Source: Squalus acanthias (Eukaryota). From it: a stretch of 64,000 bases of DNA. Shown here in pieces: positions 52,691-64,000 of this stretch. Each line of letters begins with the position of its first letter. Position 1 is the first letter of the stretch. The notes under the pieces are model-generated. The model searched no databases, was not told the origin of the DNA, and saw only the letters and a list, made by a program, of their open reading frames with translations. The stretch spans positions 73,594,001 through 73,658,000 of the forward strand of contig CM059430.1 in assembly GCA_030390025.1 (NCBI GenBank), given 5' to 3'. A program made the translations under genes and the position numbers.

Positions 52691-52932
52691 TGTGGCGGAT
52701 CACCACCTAAACGGGCATTGTTCAGTTTTTCGTAAGTGTACAATATACCGATGCACCTTCACTTTAAGGCACCTTACCTTTAAGGAAGTAGTGGGCGTGG
52801 CTTCAGGGATTTTCCAGAGAATTCTGGGAGCAGTCTGTTCAGCCATTTTGTGCCATGCTGTGGTATTAAAAAAGTCTCTTGTTTTCCACATATGGATTCA
52901 GCCTTAATTCGTGTTTCGCGGCAGCCTCAACA
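52691..52932 (+). repeat. 3' LTR
   Basis: tgtggcgga...gcagcctcaaca. Confidence 0.95.
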
Positions 52933-54559
52933 AAATCGTGTTTAAATAAATTCATCAAGTTCTATGATAAAGTAATGGAGAGGGTTGATGACATTAGTGC
53001 AGTGACGTTGTGTATATGGACATTCAAAAGGATTTTGACAAAATACCTCATAAAACTCTTGTTCGCAAAATTAAAGCCATTAAATTAAAAGGACAGTTGC
53101 AACATAGATACAAGTTTGGCAAAGGGACAGGAAGGCGAGTGTAGTGGGGAATCGTTATTTTTCTGACTGGAGGGAGATATACAACGGTGTTCTCCACGGG
53201 CCGGTATTAGGACCACTGTTCTTTTTAATATATATGAATGACCTGTACTTGGGTAAACAGGGCATAATTTCAAATTTGCAGATGATCCGAACCCCGGAAA
53301 TGTAGTAAACACTGAGGGTGATAGAAACATACTTTAGGAGGAAATAGACAAACCAGTAAAATGGGTAGACATATGGCAGATGAAATTTAACGTGGAAAAA
53401 CGTAAAGTGATACATTTTGTTATGAGGAATGAGGAGAGGCAATATGACGAAATGGTACAATATTAAAGGAAGTGCAGGAGCAGAGATACCTGGCGGTGTA
53501 TGGAAAAACATTTTTCAAGGTGACAGGACAAGTTGAGAAGGCTGGTAAAAAGCATATGCGATCCTCGGGTTCATTAATAGAGGAACAGAGTACAAAAGGA
53601 AGGAATGTAAGCAAAACGTTTATGAATCACTGGCTAGGCCTCAGCTGGAGTATTCTGTTAATTTCTGCGAATAAGACTTTAGCAAGGATGTCAAGGCCAT
53701 GGAGAGCGTTCAGAAAATATTTACTACAAATTTGCCAAGGGTGAGAGACTTCTGTTATGGATAAAGACTGGAGAAGCTGGGTTTGTTATGCTTGGAACAG
53801 ATAAAGGTAAGAGGCGATTTGTTAAAGCTGTTCAAAATTATTAACAGTTTTGATAGAGTAAATAAGGAGAAACTTTTCATTGTCAAGAGGGTCGGTAACA
53901 GATTTAAGTGAATTGGCAAAAGTACCAAAGGCGACATGCGAAAACATGTTTTTACAGAGCGAGTTGTTGTGATATGGAATGCATTGCTGAAAGGGTGACG
54001 GACGGATATTCAATATTAACGTTCAACAGAGAACTAGACAAATGCTTGATCGGAGAAAAAATGTACTGGAAAAGAACAAGGGTGTGCGATTATTTAATTA
54101 GCTCTAACAGATAGCCGTCACAGGCAGTGGCACGATGGGCCGACTGACCTGCTTGATTGCTCTGTCAGTGTATAATTATTGTCTTTTATTGCCATGGAGC
54201 AAGCACACAAACGCTGAGCTGCCTTCTATTAAAATGATTGCTGCATTCGCCCAGAGCTATACTCGACATCCATTTCCTCGCAAGGCGAGTGCCGGAATAT
54301 TGGGTGTATGTGGCGCTACTTAAAGGCAGGCAGCACCTCTGAAAGTGGAGTTGCATTACTGGTAACGTTAACGTTGTATGGTCTTTCTGCACATGTTGCC
54401 ATTTACACCGTCTTTCCCTGTCTATGCTTTTATAATCAAATGAACCAAAGGGTTTAGTCCCACGTCCTCATGTGATTTCCCATTACACAATGCATCACTG
54501 ACTTGTCCATGTCTGGACGCTATCTTGATTCGATCATAAATTCCGTAAAGAGTTGGAAT

Positions 54560-54835
54560 CTAATAGTTCGGCATTTGTGGACCTGCCTTTAGCTGCCGAG
54601 GCCCTAACTCTGGAATGCCCTCCCTAATCCTCTCCGCCTCGCTACCTTTCATTCCTCATTTAAGACGCTCCAGAAAACTGAAGTCTTTAACCAAGCGTTT
54701 GGTCATCTAATCGAATATCACCTTACCCTGCTGGATGTCAGTTTTTTTTTGACAACGCTCCTGTGAAGCCTCGGGGCGTTTGATTACTTTAAAGGCAGTA
54801 TGCAAATTCAAGTTGTTGCTGTTGTTGTTGTTGTG
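54560..54835 (+). mobile_element. L2 3' end with (GTT)n tail
   Basis: Similar to 26740-26990. Confidence 0.75.
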
Positions 54836-55649
54836 AAAAGTTGTTGAAAATATAAGGCTACGATATTAGCGTCAAAATGTTCTTTAGTTGAGAGTGTAGA
54901 GAATTTTAAATTGCACAAAAACATTACTCATGGTCGATATTTAATCTTGGCAGCTTTCCTTTCAATTGTACCCGTTCCCCTCTGGCGCTACTCATTTATT
55001 TCATAGCGCACGACTGTGTGATGTAATTACGGATATTAAATGAGCCATTGCCTCTTCCAATGATTCCGCGCCCTTCCATCCTTCCTTACAAATTAAATCT
55101 GCAACTCTCAAGGTATCTGGCTCTGTAGTAATTTCTTACCACTTGGGACTCACTCAATCCTCGATCGCTTTTGTCTCCTACTTTTTGTCTCTCCAAAACA
55201 CTCTGGGACATTACAATATCAGCACAGACATTTAAGATGGGCTCAGATTCTGAGATTGCTTTACAGAGATTTATTTGTCAGAAACATGCTGAATTGCGTA
55301 AGCTTGTGTATAGAGACAGGAGTAAAAGGCCTCCCTTTTAAATATTCACTGTGAATTTGACAGCACTGAATGTGCACAGTCCTTTCAACACTGCTTTTTG
55401 CAGGTTGCAGCACTCACTTTCAGTTCATTTCACCAAAAAATACTTTGGTTCCAGCGCATTTGCTCTTCTTTTGGATACATTTTAAATTCACTCATTGAAT
55501 TTGATGGAAAACGTTGCAGATTCGTATTGATGTAAAATAAATCAGATTTATGATGCAAATTCCTGTGTGTCTTGCCAACTCCGGCAAATTCCTTTGATTC
55601 GACAGATCCACAATCCCGCAATTCTCTTCAAACCCAAAGCACTACCAAC

Positions 55650-55920
55650 GATATATCCTTGCTCTCTCCTCTTCTTCTTTATCTACAAGATAATCTTTGG
55701 CGACTTCATCCACAGACGTGGGGACAACTTCCAACCAGACACTGACAATCTCCAATTCTGCTAGTCCACCCCGACGCTCCAATCCAATATGATGTCATAT
55801 TGCTTGTCCCCAACTTCCAAACTTGAATGAATCGTAATTGCCTCCAGCTAAAGACCAATGTATATTTAGCGCTATTGGTGTAGATCAACTTGACTTCCAA
55901 ATTCTTCTGTGACATCTGTC
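55650..55920 (+). mobile_element. Decayed L2 RT fragment
   Basis: Degenerate PLLF.IY...GD.I.R.G..F...DD.Q region. Confidence 0.5.
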
Positions 55921-55949
55921 TATCGCTGTATGATCGACTGAATGAAATA

Positions 55950-56500
55950 GCCTGTCACTTTAATTCACCACTCCACTCCCACTCTGACCTCACCGTCCTC
56001 GGCCTGTTACACTGTTCCACGGAAGCGCAGCGTAAGCTCGAATAACAGCACCTCAACTTTCGTTTTGGCACCCTACAGCCTTCTGGACTCAACATCGACT
56101 TCAACAATTTAAATCATAACCTCGGCCCCTATCACATTTATATTTTATTTTTTCATACACCCTTTAGTTTGCCCCCCCTTTTTTTTCCTCCCAGAAGCTG
56201 GCAGCTGTCCTTCATTCTGCCAGTGGATTTCACACTTAATTTAGCCTCAACATGTTACATCAACAACCCCTCTTGACGTAATTATCTCTTACCCTCTCTC
56301 AATGTCTCTTAATCTCTCCTTTTGTTCTTTCATCCCCTCCCCCTTTTCCCAGCTTTAACTTGCTTTAAATCCATTTCATTTCCTGCTTTTTCCAGTTCTG
56401 ACGAAAGGTCTTCGACCTGAAACGTTAACTCTGTTTCTCTCTCCACGGATGCTGCCTGGCCTGCTGAGTTTTTCAAGCGTTTTATATTGTTATTTTGAAT
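55950..56500 (+). mobile_element. Penelope-like element 3' end (GIY-YIG endonuclease C-terminus + terminal repeat)
   Basis: HFNSPLHSHSDLTVLGLLHC...RKLE*QHLNFRFGTLQPSGLNIDF, followed by a UTR carrying the hammerhead motif. Confidence 0.85.
56394..56430 (+). ncRNA. Minimal type I hammerhead ribozyme motif
   Basis: AGUU-CUGACGA-A-AGGUC-uuc-GACCU-GAAA-CG-UU-AACU: 4-bp stem I, 5-bp stem II, palindromic AACGUU in place of stem III. Confidence 0.78.
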
Positions 56501-57109
56501 GAAATAGCTCTTGGACAGCAGCGCAACATGCACACTCGGAAATCAGCAGGCGATTTCACATCCCACCCGAAATAATTAATCATTGAATTTAAAGGTTACA
56601 GTTTCAAACATGCTACAACCTAAGGATACATTCACCACTCCATTTGTATGTTAAGTAGGATACCACATTCGTGTAGATTTTCTTCTTCACGGTCTGTGCA
56701 GAAAACGTCTGATTTAATTCAAATGAATTCATCAGAATGGATATAAGACGCGTTCTATAAATGTGGGATCCTCCCCGCCAGATTGTTCCCTCTGCTGCTC
56801 CTCCCGGCGATAATAAAGGCCCTCCGCCTCATTTATTTATCCTTTCCCCAATGAAAAGTTTATACCTGTAGCGCATTCCCACGATCCGTGATATGGATAT
56901 GTTGATTATCTTCGGTGATAATATTTGGCAGCATCTCTCTGCTGCTCTTTGATAGAACAATATATGCAGACATAAATGCAACAAATATAATAGCCAGGAA
57001 TTTTTCCGTAAGCTAAGAAGCAAAGGCATTCCTTGCTGGCCCAAAGAAAGCTAAACACAGAGCTCTTGCGATCTCTATAGCGAGAAGTTTGCCTTTGTAA
57101 TATAATGGG

Positions 57110-57707
57110 AAATCCCTGGATTACACTTTTGTGACGTTATTGCAGAATTCTCACCGGAAGGTAAACAGGAAGTGAAGAAGCTGCCTTTATCAGGGCTTTT
57201 AAAAATTGTTACAGAGAGCAAAACATGTTTGGATCACTCACATGGGGAAAGGTTAAATCTGAAATAAATATGAACAAACGTTTAAAAATATATATATTTT
57301 CAAAAATGCTTAAAAAATTATATTTGTTATCATAATGGAGAAATGTGTCACTCCACAAAATCAAAATTATTTTTTCAGGGCCATACTGTTTGTTTCGTCG
57401 TCAGTACACTGCTAAAACCCCAATTACATCTAATCCAACAATTACTAATTTTTAGAGGGGTAGTTAACAGAAATATTACCGTGTAAAAGGCAACGTCTTT
57501 GTCAGTTTCACTGAATACACTGATTGCCGCTTATACGGGTGGGGGCACAGCGCAGCCACTGTCAGAGCAGTGAAGGACTGACCGCAACTTCAGGATTTGC
57601 GTTTAGATGTGCATGCGCTACATCCTGAAGTTGCGATCAGCTTCAATAAGGTAATAACAGCGAACCCTGTTAGTTCCGCGTTATTAACATCCGCAACTCC
57701 AGGCCCT
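57110..57707. mobile_element. Degenerate MITE-like element with internal hairpin
   Basis: Hairpin ctgaccgcaacttcaggat...atcctgaagttgcgatcag (~57578-57640); right end ...CCAGGCCC; AT-rich core like the other MITEs. Confidence 0.45.
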
Positions 57708-58869
57708 ATGTTAAAAGGCGATTCCGAAAATCGTCAGGAAAAGGAAAACTAGGAGAACAAGGTTATATAATGAAGTTATAATTTTGAATTATTGTTCCGG
57801 TAGAGACCACTTTAACAACCGGGGTAACTACAAACTTAACCCCAGCTGTACAGTATGCGACTCTGTTAATTAACCGCAGATGGAGCTCGCAATTCAATCA
57901 CGTTGACCGATCAGCTTTCCTTTCCTCTGGAAAACACTTTTGCTTGACCAAAGACTTGGAATTTCATGATTTTTTTAATGAATCAATCAGTAAAAAGTCA
58001 TGGAAAAAATACTTTTCAAACAGCTGTAGAAAGCTTTAGGGAAAGCACAATAACAAATATAAAGATTGGCAAATTACTCTTGTTAAATATATAATATGAT
58101 AAACATTTTTAAATTTATTCCAGAAATGTTACTTGAATCAAAGTATAACATTTGGCAATATTTCAGAAAGTAGCTGGAGAACTTTTGAATGACTCTCTTC
58201 GTTCCAGTGTCCACAGCAAAGGAGCAGATGCGGAGGTATTTTATCAACATGAACAGATAGAGGTGGCGCCTTACAACTATCTTCTGCATCAAGTATCACT
58301 TTCTTCTGAAACACTGATGCGAGAAAATGTAAAACAAATAATATTTATCTATTTCCCTCAACTGAAGCTCTCAATGATCAGCGACTTGATCAGCAGAAGA
58401 TTCCATTGTCACTTTTCTTTGGTTACACGTCTGTGGGTTTCAAACACCCTTTTCTGCTTTCTGAACTGAAGCTGCCCACACACTATGTGCTCCTCCTGCC
58501 CTTTCGGTTTCGTCTATGTCTTCTGACAGACAAAGTCCAGCGCACAGTAGGTCAGCCTTTCTTAAGCTAACATTTTCGGAATCTGTAGTAGTGTTCAGAA
58601 ATATCGTTAATATTCTGTCTTCAACAGCGTAAAGATTGCTACCTCAAACAACTTCGGATATTCCAGCATAGGGTGAGGCAAATGTGACGTGCGAGTATCA
58701 ATCCAAACTTCTCTCACCCTCCTGAAGCGGCTCCTGCATACACTCCTGCACCTCAACCCTGAGCCTCGTTATCACTTTAAACTCAACATACTTCGGGATC
58801 ATATTTGTGTATACACGATAATGATAGTGAAATAAAAACGTAAACGTCAGCTTAGAAAGATTCGTGTAA

Positions 58870-59685
58870 ATATGAAACTGATTCCACTGGCAGAAGATTC
58901 GCTAAACTGATTTAAGTCATTTGGCAAAAGAGCCAGATGTGAGATGATGAGATTGTTTTTTTTTTAACCAGCAAGTTATTATGATTTAGAATGCATTGCC
59001 TGAAAGATTGGTGGAAGCAGATTCAGTGGTACATTTCAAAAGGAAATTAACTATACGCTTGAAAAGGCGAACAAAAGCATGGTTATAGAGAAAGAGAAAG
59101 GGAGTGTGAATAATTTTGAAAGCTTTTCAAAGAAGTGGCACTGGTACGATGGGCCGAGTGGCCCCCTTCTGTGCTGAAACATTCTATCATTCTATGATGT
59201 GTGTGTGAACAAGGAGCACATGAAGTGTCTAAAATGAGTGTATTTATCGTATGCAATACCAGTGTGAGATAACACATAATGTTAAGGGGAAGTTTAATAG
59301 AGGCTTTCAAGATCATAAAGGGTTGTGTTAGAGTAAATAAGGAGAAACTATTTCCACTGAGAAAATAATTGGTAACAGGTGGACACAGATATAAAGTAAT
59401 TGTCGGAAGAAGTGGAGGCGAGCTGATGAAAAAAATGTTTATGTAATAAGTTCTTATGATTTGGAATGCACTGCCTAAAATAGTATTGGAAAGCGATCCA
59501 ATTGTAACTTTCAAAACGAAATTGAGTAACTAATTGATGGGTGAAAATTGCAGGGCTATGGGGACAGAGAAGAGGGGTGTGACTAATTACACATCTATTT
59601 CAAAGTGCCGACAGAGGCAGAATGGATCCAATGGCCTCCTTCTATTTTGTTAGATTATATGATTCTATATGATTCTGTAATACGT
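58870..59685 (+). mobile_element. Two tandem CR1 3' ends
   Basis: Two ggcc(c)cctt/ggcctcctt...attctatgat tails ending near 59200 and 59680. Confidence 0.8.
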
Positions 59686-60409
59686 CTGTTAGCAAGGACC
59701 ACATGAAGAATCAAAGAGAAGTATATTTCTCGTATGCCATACCAGTGTGAAATAGCGGAGCTTGTCAACAGCTTCAGCAGTGGAATATTATATACATTTG
59801 GATTGATTGCATTTATTGAGCTCAGCGATAGCTTTATGAACGAACAGTATATTGGTTACAGGCAGGGAAGATATCTCATGTAGCTGAAAATTTTGATTGG
59901 CAATGCGATGCAGCTGTGCTTCTCGCAGAATACTGGGAGTGTGAAAGTTGGAGGCGTTTTCTCTCTTTGGTGCCGATTTTAACTGTTTCAAATCGGCACC
60001 AATGAGCCAATAATGGCCTCAAAATGGGGTTGGTAAAATTACCGCCCTTTTACGCAGACATTCTATCGCTGGCTGGAGAGAGCACCTGTCTACTCAGTGA
60101 GTAAGTCCTTTTATGATGCAAATTGGGGTCCTCTGCCTTACAAAGGACCAGTAGTTTTATTTTATGATATAGCAGGGCGGAGCTTGAGCCGTGTACTCGG
60201 CAAACAATTGTACTGGCTAAATGGCGACATTTTTTGCAAAATGGTCGTATTGCTCATTCTGGGTCCATAAAAATAATCTGTGGCGCCGCTCCGGTGGCTT
60301 TCCGCATCCAAGATCGCGACCCCCAGCCCAAGACTTACATTGTTGCCGCTGGGTTTTTTCTGTCCCCTTGATACTACAACAGCCTGAATCCGGTCTAACT
60401 GATACGATA

Positions 60410-60721
60410 GCAAAATACTGCAGATGCTGGAAATCTGAAATAACAACAGAAAACGCTGGAAAAACTCAGCAGGCCAGGCAGCATCCGTGGAGAGAGAAAG
60501 AGAGTTAACGTTTCAGGTCGATGACCTTTCGTCAGAACTGTGAAGAGCCGGAAATCTAATAGATTTAAGGCCAGAGTAAAGCTGGGAAAAGGGGGAGGGG
60601 ATAAAAGAACAAAGGGGGAGATGAAGAGACATTAAGAGACATTAAGAGATATGCAAGGCTAGAGGTGGTGTTAATGTGACAGATTAAGGCTGAAAGAAGT
60701 GTGAAATCCACTGGCAGAATG
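60410..60721 (-). mobile_element. Penelope-like terminal repeat
   Basis: Reverse-complement similarity to 56215-56500. Confidence 0.82.
60503..60539 (-). ncRNA. Minimal type I hammerhead ribozyme motif
   Basis: AGUU-CUGACGA-A-AGGUC-auc-GACCU-GAAA-CG-UU-AACU. Confidence 0.78.
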
Positions 60722-61439
60722 CATCGACATGTCCATCTAGGACGTTTACCTAGCCGCTTCTATTGAAAGCCAAATCATGACAATGGCTCCGGGCACTGCA
60801 ATGCTGGACTGGGCCGTCCGCTGACCAAACCGTTAATATTTAACCCAAAGGGTGCACCAACGATTATGCAGTAAACTGGTGTTGGAAACAGTTGTGGAAG
60901 GCAATGGTTAAGTTTTTTCTGAGTGCATGCCTGTCAGTTCACTGCTTAAGACTCGCAAAATGATGTTAGACACATATCAGTGGAATTTAGCATTTTAACT
61001 TTAAGTTGAACCATAGGTAAAATGTAAATCTCACTGTGAATGTACTATCATATTCCATCAGTATTTCATAAATATGAAATCGGTTGTTCGTTTCCAATTG
61101 GCATAATCTCCATAATTGCTGATCAGTCCAAATGGAAGATGAGAGAGATGGTGTTGCGAGACACTAACGATCACAGAATCGATGGCGTTGAAAGTTGTAA
61201 AACTGATTAAGTGTTACGATGAAATTGCGTTGTGGCGCAAGACGAATTTCACGCGATAATTCGAAAGCAACGAGGAGTAAATTGGTCTGGGGAGTACTCT
61301 TAATGTGCAAGAAAAGCAGGCTGTTACAACTAAGACATTCATTATATACCTGTCTATAAAAGTTTCCACACCAGCGATTTTAGGCTAACTGGCCTGTAAT
61401 GTCATGGTTTATACCTCTCCCCGTTTCAAAACAGCGGTG

Positions 61440-61960
61440 TACAGTTTCCAATCCTCCTGTCCTCTGGCACCAGCCTAAATCTATGGAGACTTGCAAGATT
61501 GTGGACAGAGCCTTTGAAATTTTCACTCTTATTAGAATGCATCCCATCCGAACCAGGTGACTTTTGTACTTTGAGGACTGCCCACGTTTTAATCCCTTCT
61601 GTTTATCTATTTTAATCCTACCCGATATCGCTGCTACTTTCTCCTACAGTGTAGGATCCTCTTCTCTAGTGAAGAAAGTTTAAATTACTAATTTAATACC
61701 TCAGTCATGCCTTCAGCCTCCACAGAAATATTTCCTTTTAGGCCCCTCATTGGTCTCATCCTTCCGCTGATTATCTTTTACTACTGATATATTTATAAAA
61801 TACATTCTTGTTTAATTTTAATTTAGCCGCTAATCTATTCTCATAGTGTCCTTTTTAGATCTCCTCTACCCGCATTAACCCTCTCCGTTTCTTTATGAAA
61901 GAACTCAGTCAGGTTAGTCAAATACGATTTGCCTTTATGAAATCCGTGCTGACTTTCACT
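61440..61960 (-). mobile_element. CR1 ORF2 fragments
   Basis: Similar to the KSPG..GMH and QHGF.KGKS regions of other copies. Confidence 0.65.
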
Positions 61961-62579
61961 TATTAGCTCACTCTTTCAAAAAGCCAATGAAGATTATTGA
62001 TATGTCTTTTCTTCATGAAAAGTATTAAATCAATTCAAATCGTTGCTGCACGCGTGGGCTACATCTTGATATTATTCAGAGGAAAATGTTGCCTTTTTGA
62101 ATACACACGATGGAGGAGCGGTTTAACATTCACTCATCACATAGATTATCTAAATGGAGGCTATTAGTATCAGCAATTCCGAAAAGATGATGGATAGTTT
62201 TCCTGCTAAGAAGTCATTGACGTATTACCCAGATTTCCGCCAATGTTTTCCCGATCTCCATCCTTAATTTTGGCAGGAATTTGCCAGAAAACCCAAGAAG
62301 TAGAGTAGATAGTTAAAACCCGCTATTTCCTCGTTTTTGTGTGGAATTTGTCAATCTTCCACCGAACGTGCAGTGGTGGGTAAAATATCAAATAATTCCA
62401 GGGTCTACAGGGACATGGTCAACAGAGGAGCAACAAGAATTACCGATCACACTGCTGCAGCTGCACCAGATTCTAAATGATCTATTTGGGAACAACAAAA
62501 TAATTTGGCCCGAAGAACAAGGTCATGGCACTTGAGTCCATTCACAAGCTGCAAGATATCAGCGCCCTTCAGCGGGAGT

Positions 62580-63430
62580 TCTATTGAAAATCTGAGGACA
62601 TGGCGAAAAGGGCTAGAACCACTGCTTTTCTTGATGTATAACAATGACTTGAACGTTGTTGTACAAGGCACAATTTCAAAATTTGCAGATGGCACAACAT
62701 TTGGAAGTATGGTGAAAAGTGAGGAGGAAAGTGATAGACTTCAGGAATAGACAAGTTGGTGAAATGGGCGGAAAAATGGCAGATGCAATTTAACGCAGAG
62801 AAGTGTGCAGTGATACATTTTGGTTGAAACAATGAGGAGAGGACATATAAACTAAAAGGTACAATCCTGAAGGGGGTGCATGAACAGAGAGACAAGGGGA
62901 TATGTGTGCACGAATCGTTGAAGTTGGCAGGGCAGGTTGAGAAAGCAGTTAAAACGCTTCCGGGATACTGGGCTTCATAAATAGAGGTATAGAGTATAAA
63001 AGTGTGGAAATTATGATGAACCTGTGTAAAACACTGGTTCAGCCCCAACTGGAGTACTGTGAGCAATTCTGGGCCCAACGCTTTAGGAAGGATGTGAAGG
63101 CCTTAGACAGGGTGCAGAAAAAAATTCCGAGAATGATTACAGGAATAAGGTGATTGGCAAAAGAACCAAATGCGACGGAAGAAAAAACGTTTTAACAAAG
63201 CCACTGGATAAGATCGGGAATGCAGTGCTTGAAAGGGTGGTGGAGGCAGATTCAATCACGACTTCGAAACCGGAGTTAGATAAGTAGCTGAAGGAATGAA
63301 ATTTGCATTTTTACGAGGAAAGGGCGGGGTAGTGGGATTTGCTGAAGTGCTCTTGCAGAGAGCCGGCACTTGCTCGACTGGCCTAAAGGCCGCCTTCCGT
63401 GCCGTAACCATTCTATGATTCTATGATTCT
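62580..63430 (+). mobile_element. CR1 3' portion
   Basis: PLLFLMYNNDL..ISKFADGT; tail attctatgattctatgattct. Confidence 0.9.
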
Positions 63431-63926
63431 GAGCAGCGTTTAAATCAATTTCTCAAGTTTTTGGGCAAAAGGAAGCAGAATCAAGCAGAAATTCTCTCCC
63501 TAAGTCGCTGTCAGTCTGTAATCGAACGTTGTCCGACTTTTATGTGCGATTAATAAATTGGGAGGAGAAATTCCAATGAGTTCTAAAGAACCTCCACGTA
63601 AAAATTGCAGCACCCCAAGCAAAACTACAAACAGCTATTTTGATCCAGTTATGCCCTTTCTCTGGTTGTTGTTCTATATTTCGTCTGAAGTTAGGGCGAG
63701 AGACTGGCACGATTCCCATGACATTCCCAAGATATTTCATAGCCCTTCTGTCCAAGGTGAGCCGGCTGCATAAATTTCTGAACAACAGAAGAATTGGCAA
63801 CTTTTCAAAAATCTGATCGAATTTGTTTATCTTCACTCGTACATTGTTTTCTTCTCTTTATGGTTAATTTAATATTTTGCAGGCGCAACACATCATGAAT
63901 ACACGGGAGAAAATTAGAATACTTAC

Positions 63927-64000
63927 CTCTTAATCTATGCAATTTTGAGATTTTCATTATAGTGAACACCAATATTAGAATTAACAGTCCAACACCGAGC
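63927..64000 (-). CDS. Transmembrane exon (5'-truncated by window edge) of a probable paralogous type I membrane IgSF gene
   Basis: LGVGLLILILVFTIMKISKLHRLR: hydrophobic run then basic stop-transfer residues; consensus donor GAG|gtaagt, phase 1. Confidence 0.7.

Larger units (their letters stand above)
48586..52932 (+). mobile_element. Full-length Ty3/Gypsy LTR retrotransposon (4347 bp), inactivated
   Basis: 242-bp TG...CA LTRs, TSD AAAT (48582-48585, 52933-52936), PBS, purine-rich tract before the 3' LTR, domain order gag-PR-RT-RH-IN. Confidence 0.97.
48100..54170 (+). mobile_element. CR1 ORF2 3' half, split by the Gypsy insertion
   Basis: LFKKSERDNRGNCRPVS...QHEFVKGK|SCLNKFIKFYD continues across 48586-52936. 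Confidence 0.88.

Noticed and set aside
49126-52706. Many long antisense or alternate-frame ORFs within the Gypsy element
   Set aside because: Shadow ORFs caused by high GC content.
55140-55250. Minus-strand peptide VCADIVMSQS resembling an Ig light-chain N-terminus, with a downstream gtaag donor
   Set aside because: No following Cys, Trp or YxC; too short to support a V segment.
56865-57010. Hydrophobic stretch FLAIIFVAFMSAYIVL on the minus strand
   Set aside because: AT-rich DNA readily yields such stretches; phase and context do not link it to other exons.
58083-58469. ORFs 58083-58292 and 58152-58469 as possible leader/exons
   Set aside because: No recognisable domain and no usable donor after the leader-like stretch.

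Overview
Eukaryotic, repeat-dominated genomic DNA, most likely from a cartilaginous fish (inferred from the repeat mix, not proven). Most of the window is decayed transposable elements: CR1 LINEs, a second APE-RT LINE family, L2 3' ends, Penelope-like fragments, a tRNA-derived SINE, one full-length Gypsy LTR element, a disabled Harbinger and several Harbinger-type MITEs. Host coding signal is confined to the minus strand. One spliced Ig-superfamily gene has a leader (11460-11394), a germline-joined VJ-type domain (11210-10902), a C1-set domain (6648-6343) and a probable degenerate TM exon (2618-2497); all introns are phase 1 and the frame stays open (267 aa). A second, intact TM exon of a likely paralogue runs off the right edge (63927-64000), suggesting a tandem cluster of non-rearranging antigen-receptor-like (SIRP/B7-H6-like) genes. 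Other highlights: three Penelope-associated minimal hammerhead ribozyme motifs (one is a 99-bp insertion with a 10-bp TSD), a 104-bp palindromic insertion, and an unexplained ~1.4-kb segment bounded by ~210-bp inverted repeats. All calls were made by eye, so TE boundaries without TSDs are approximate.
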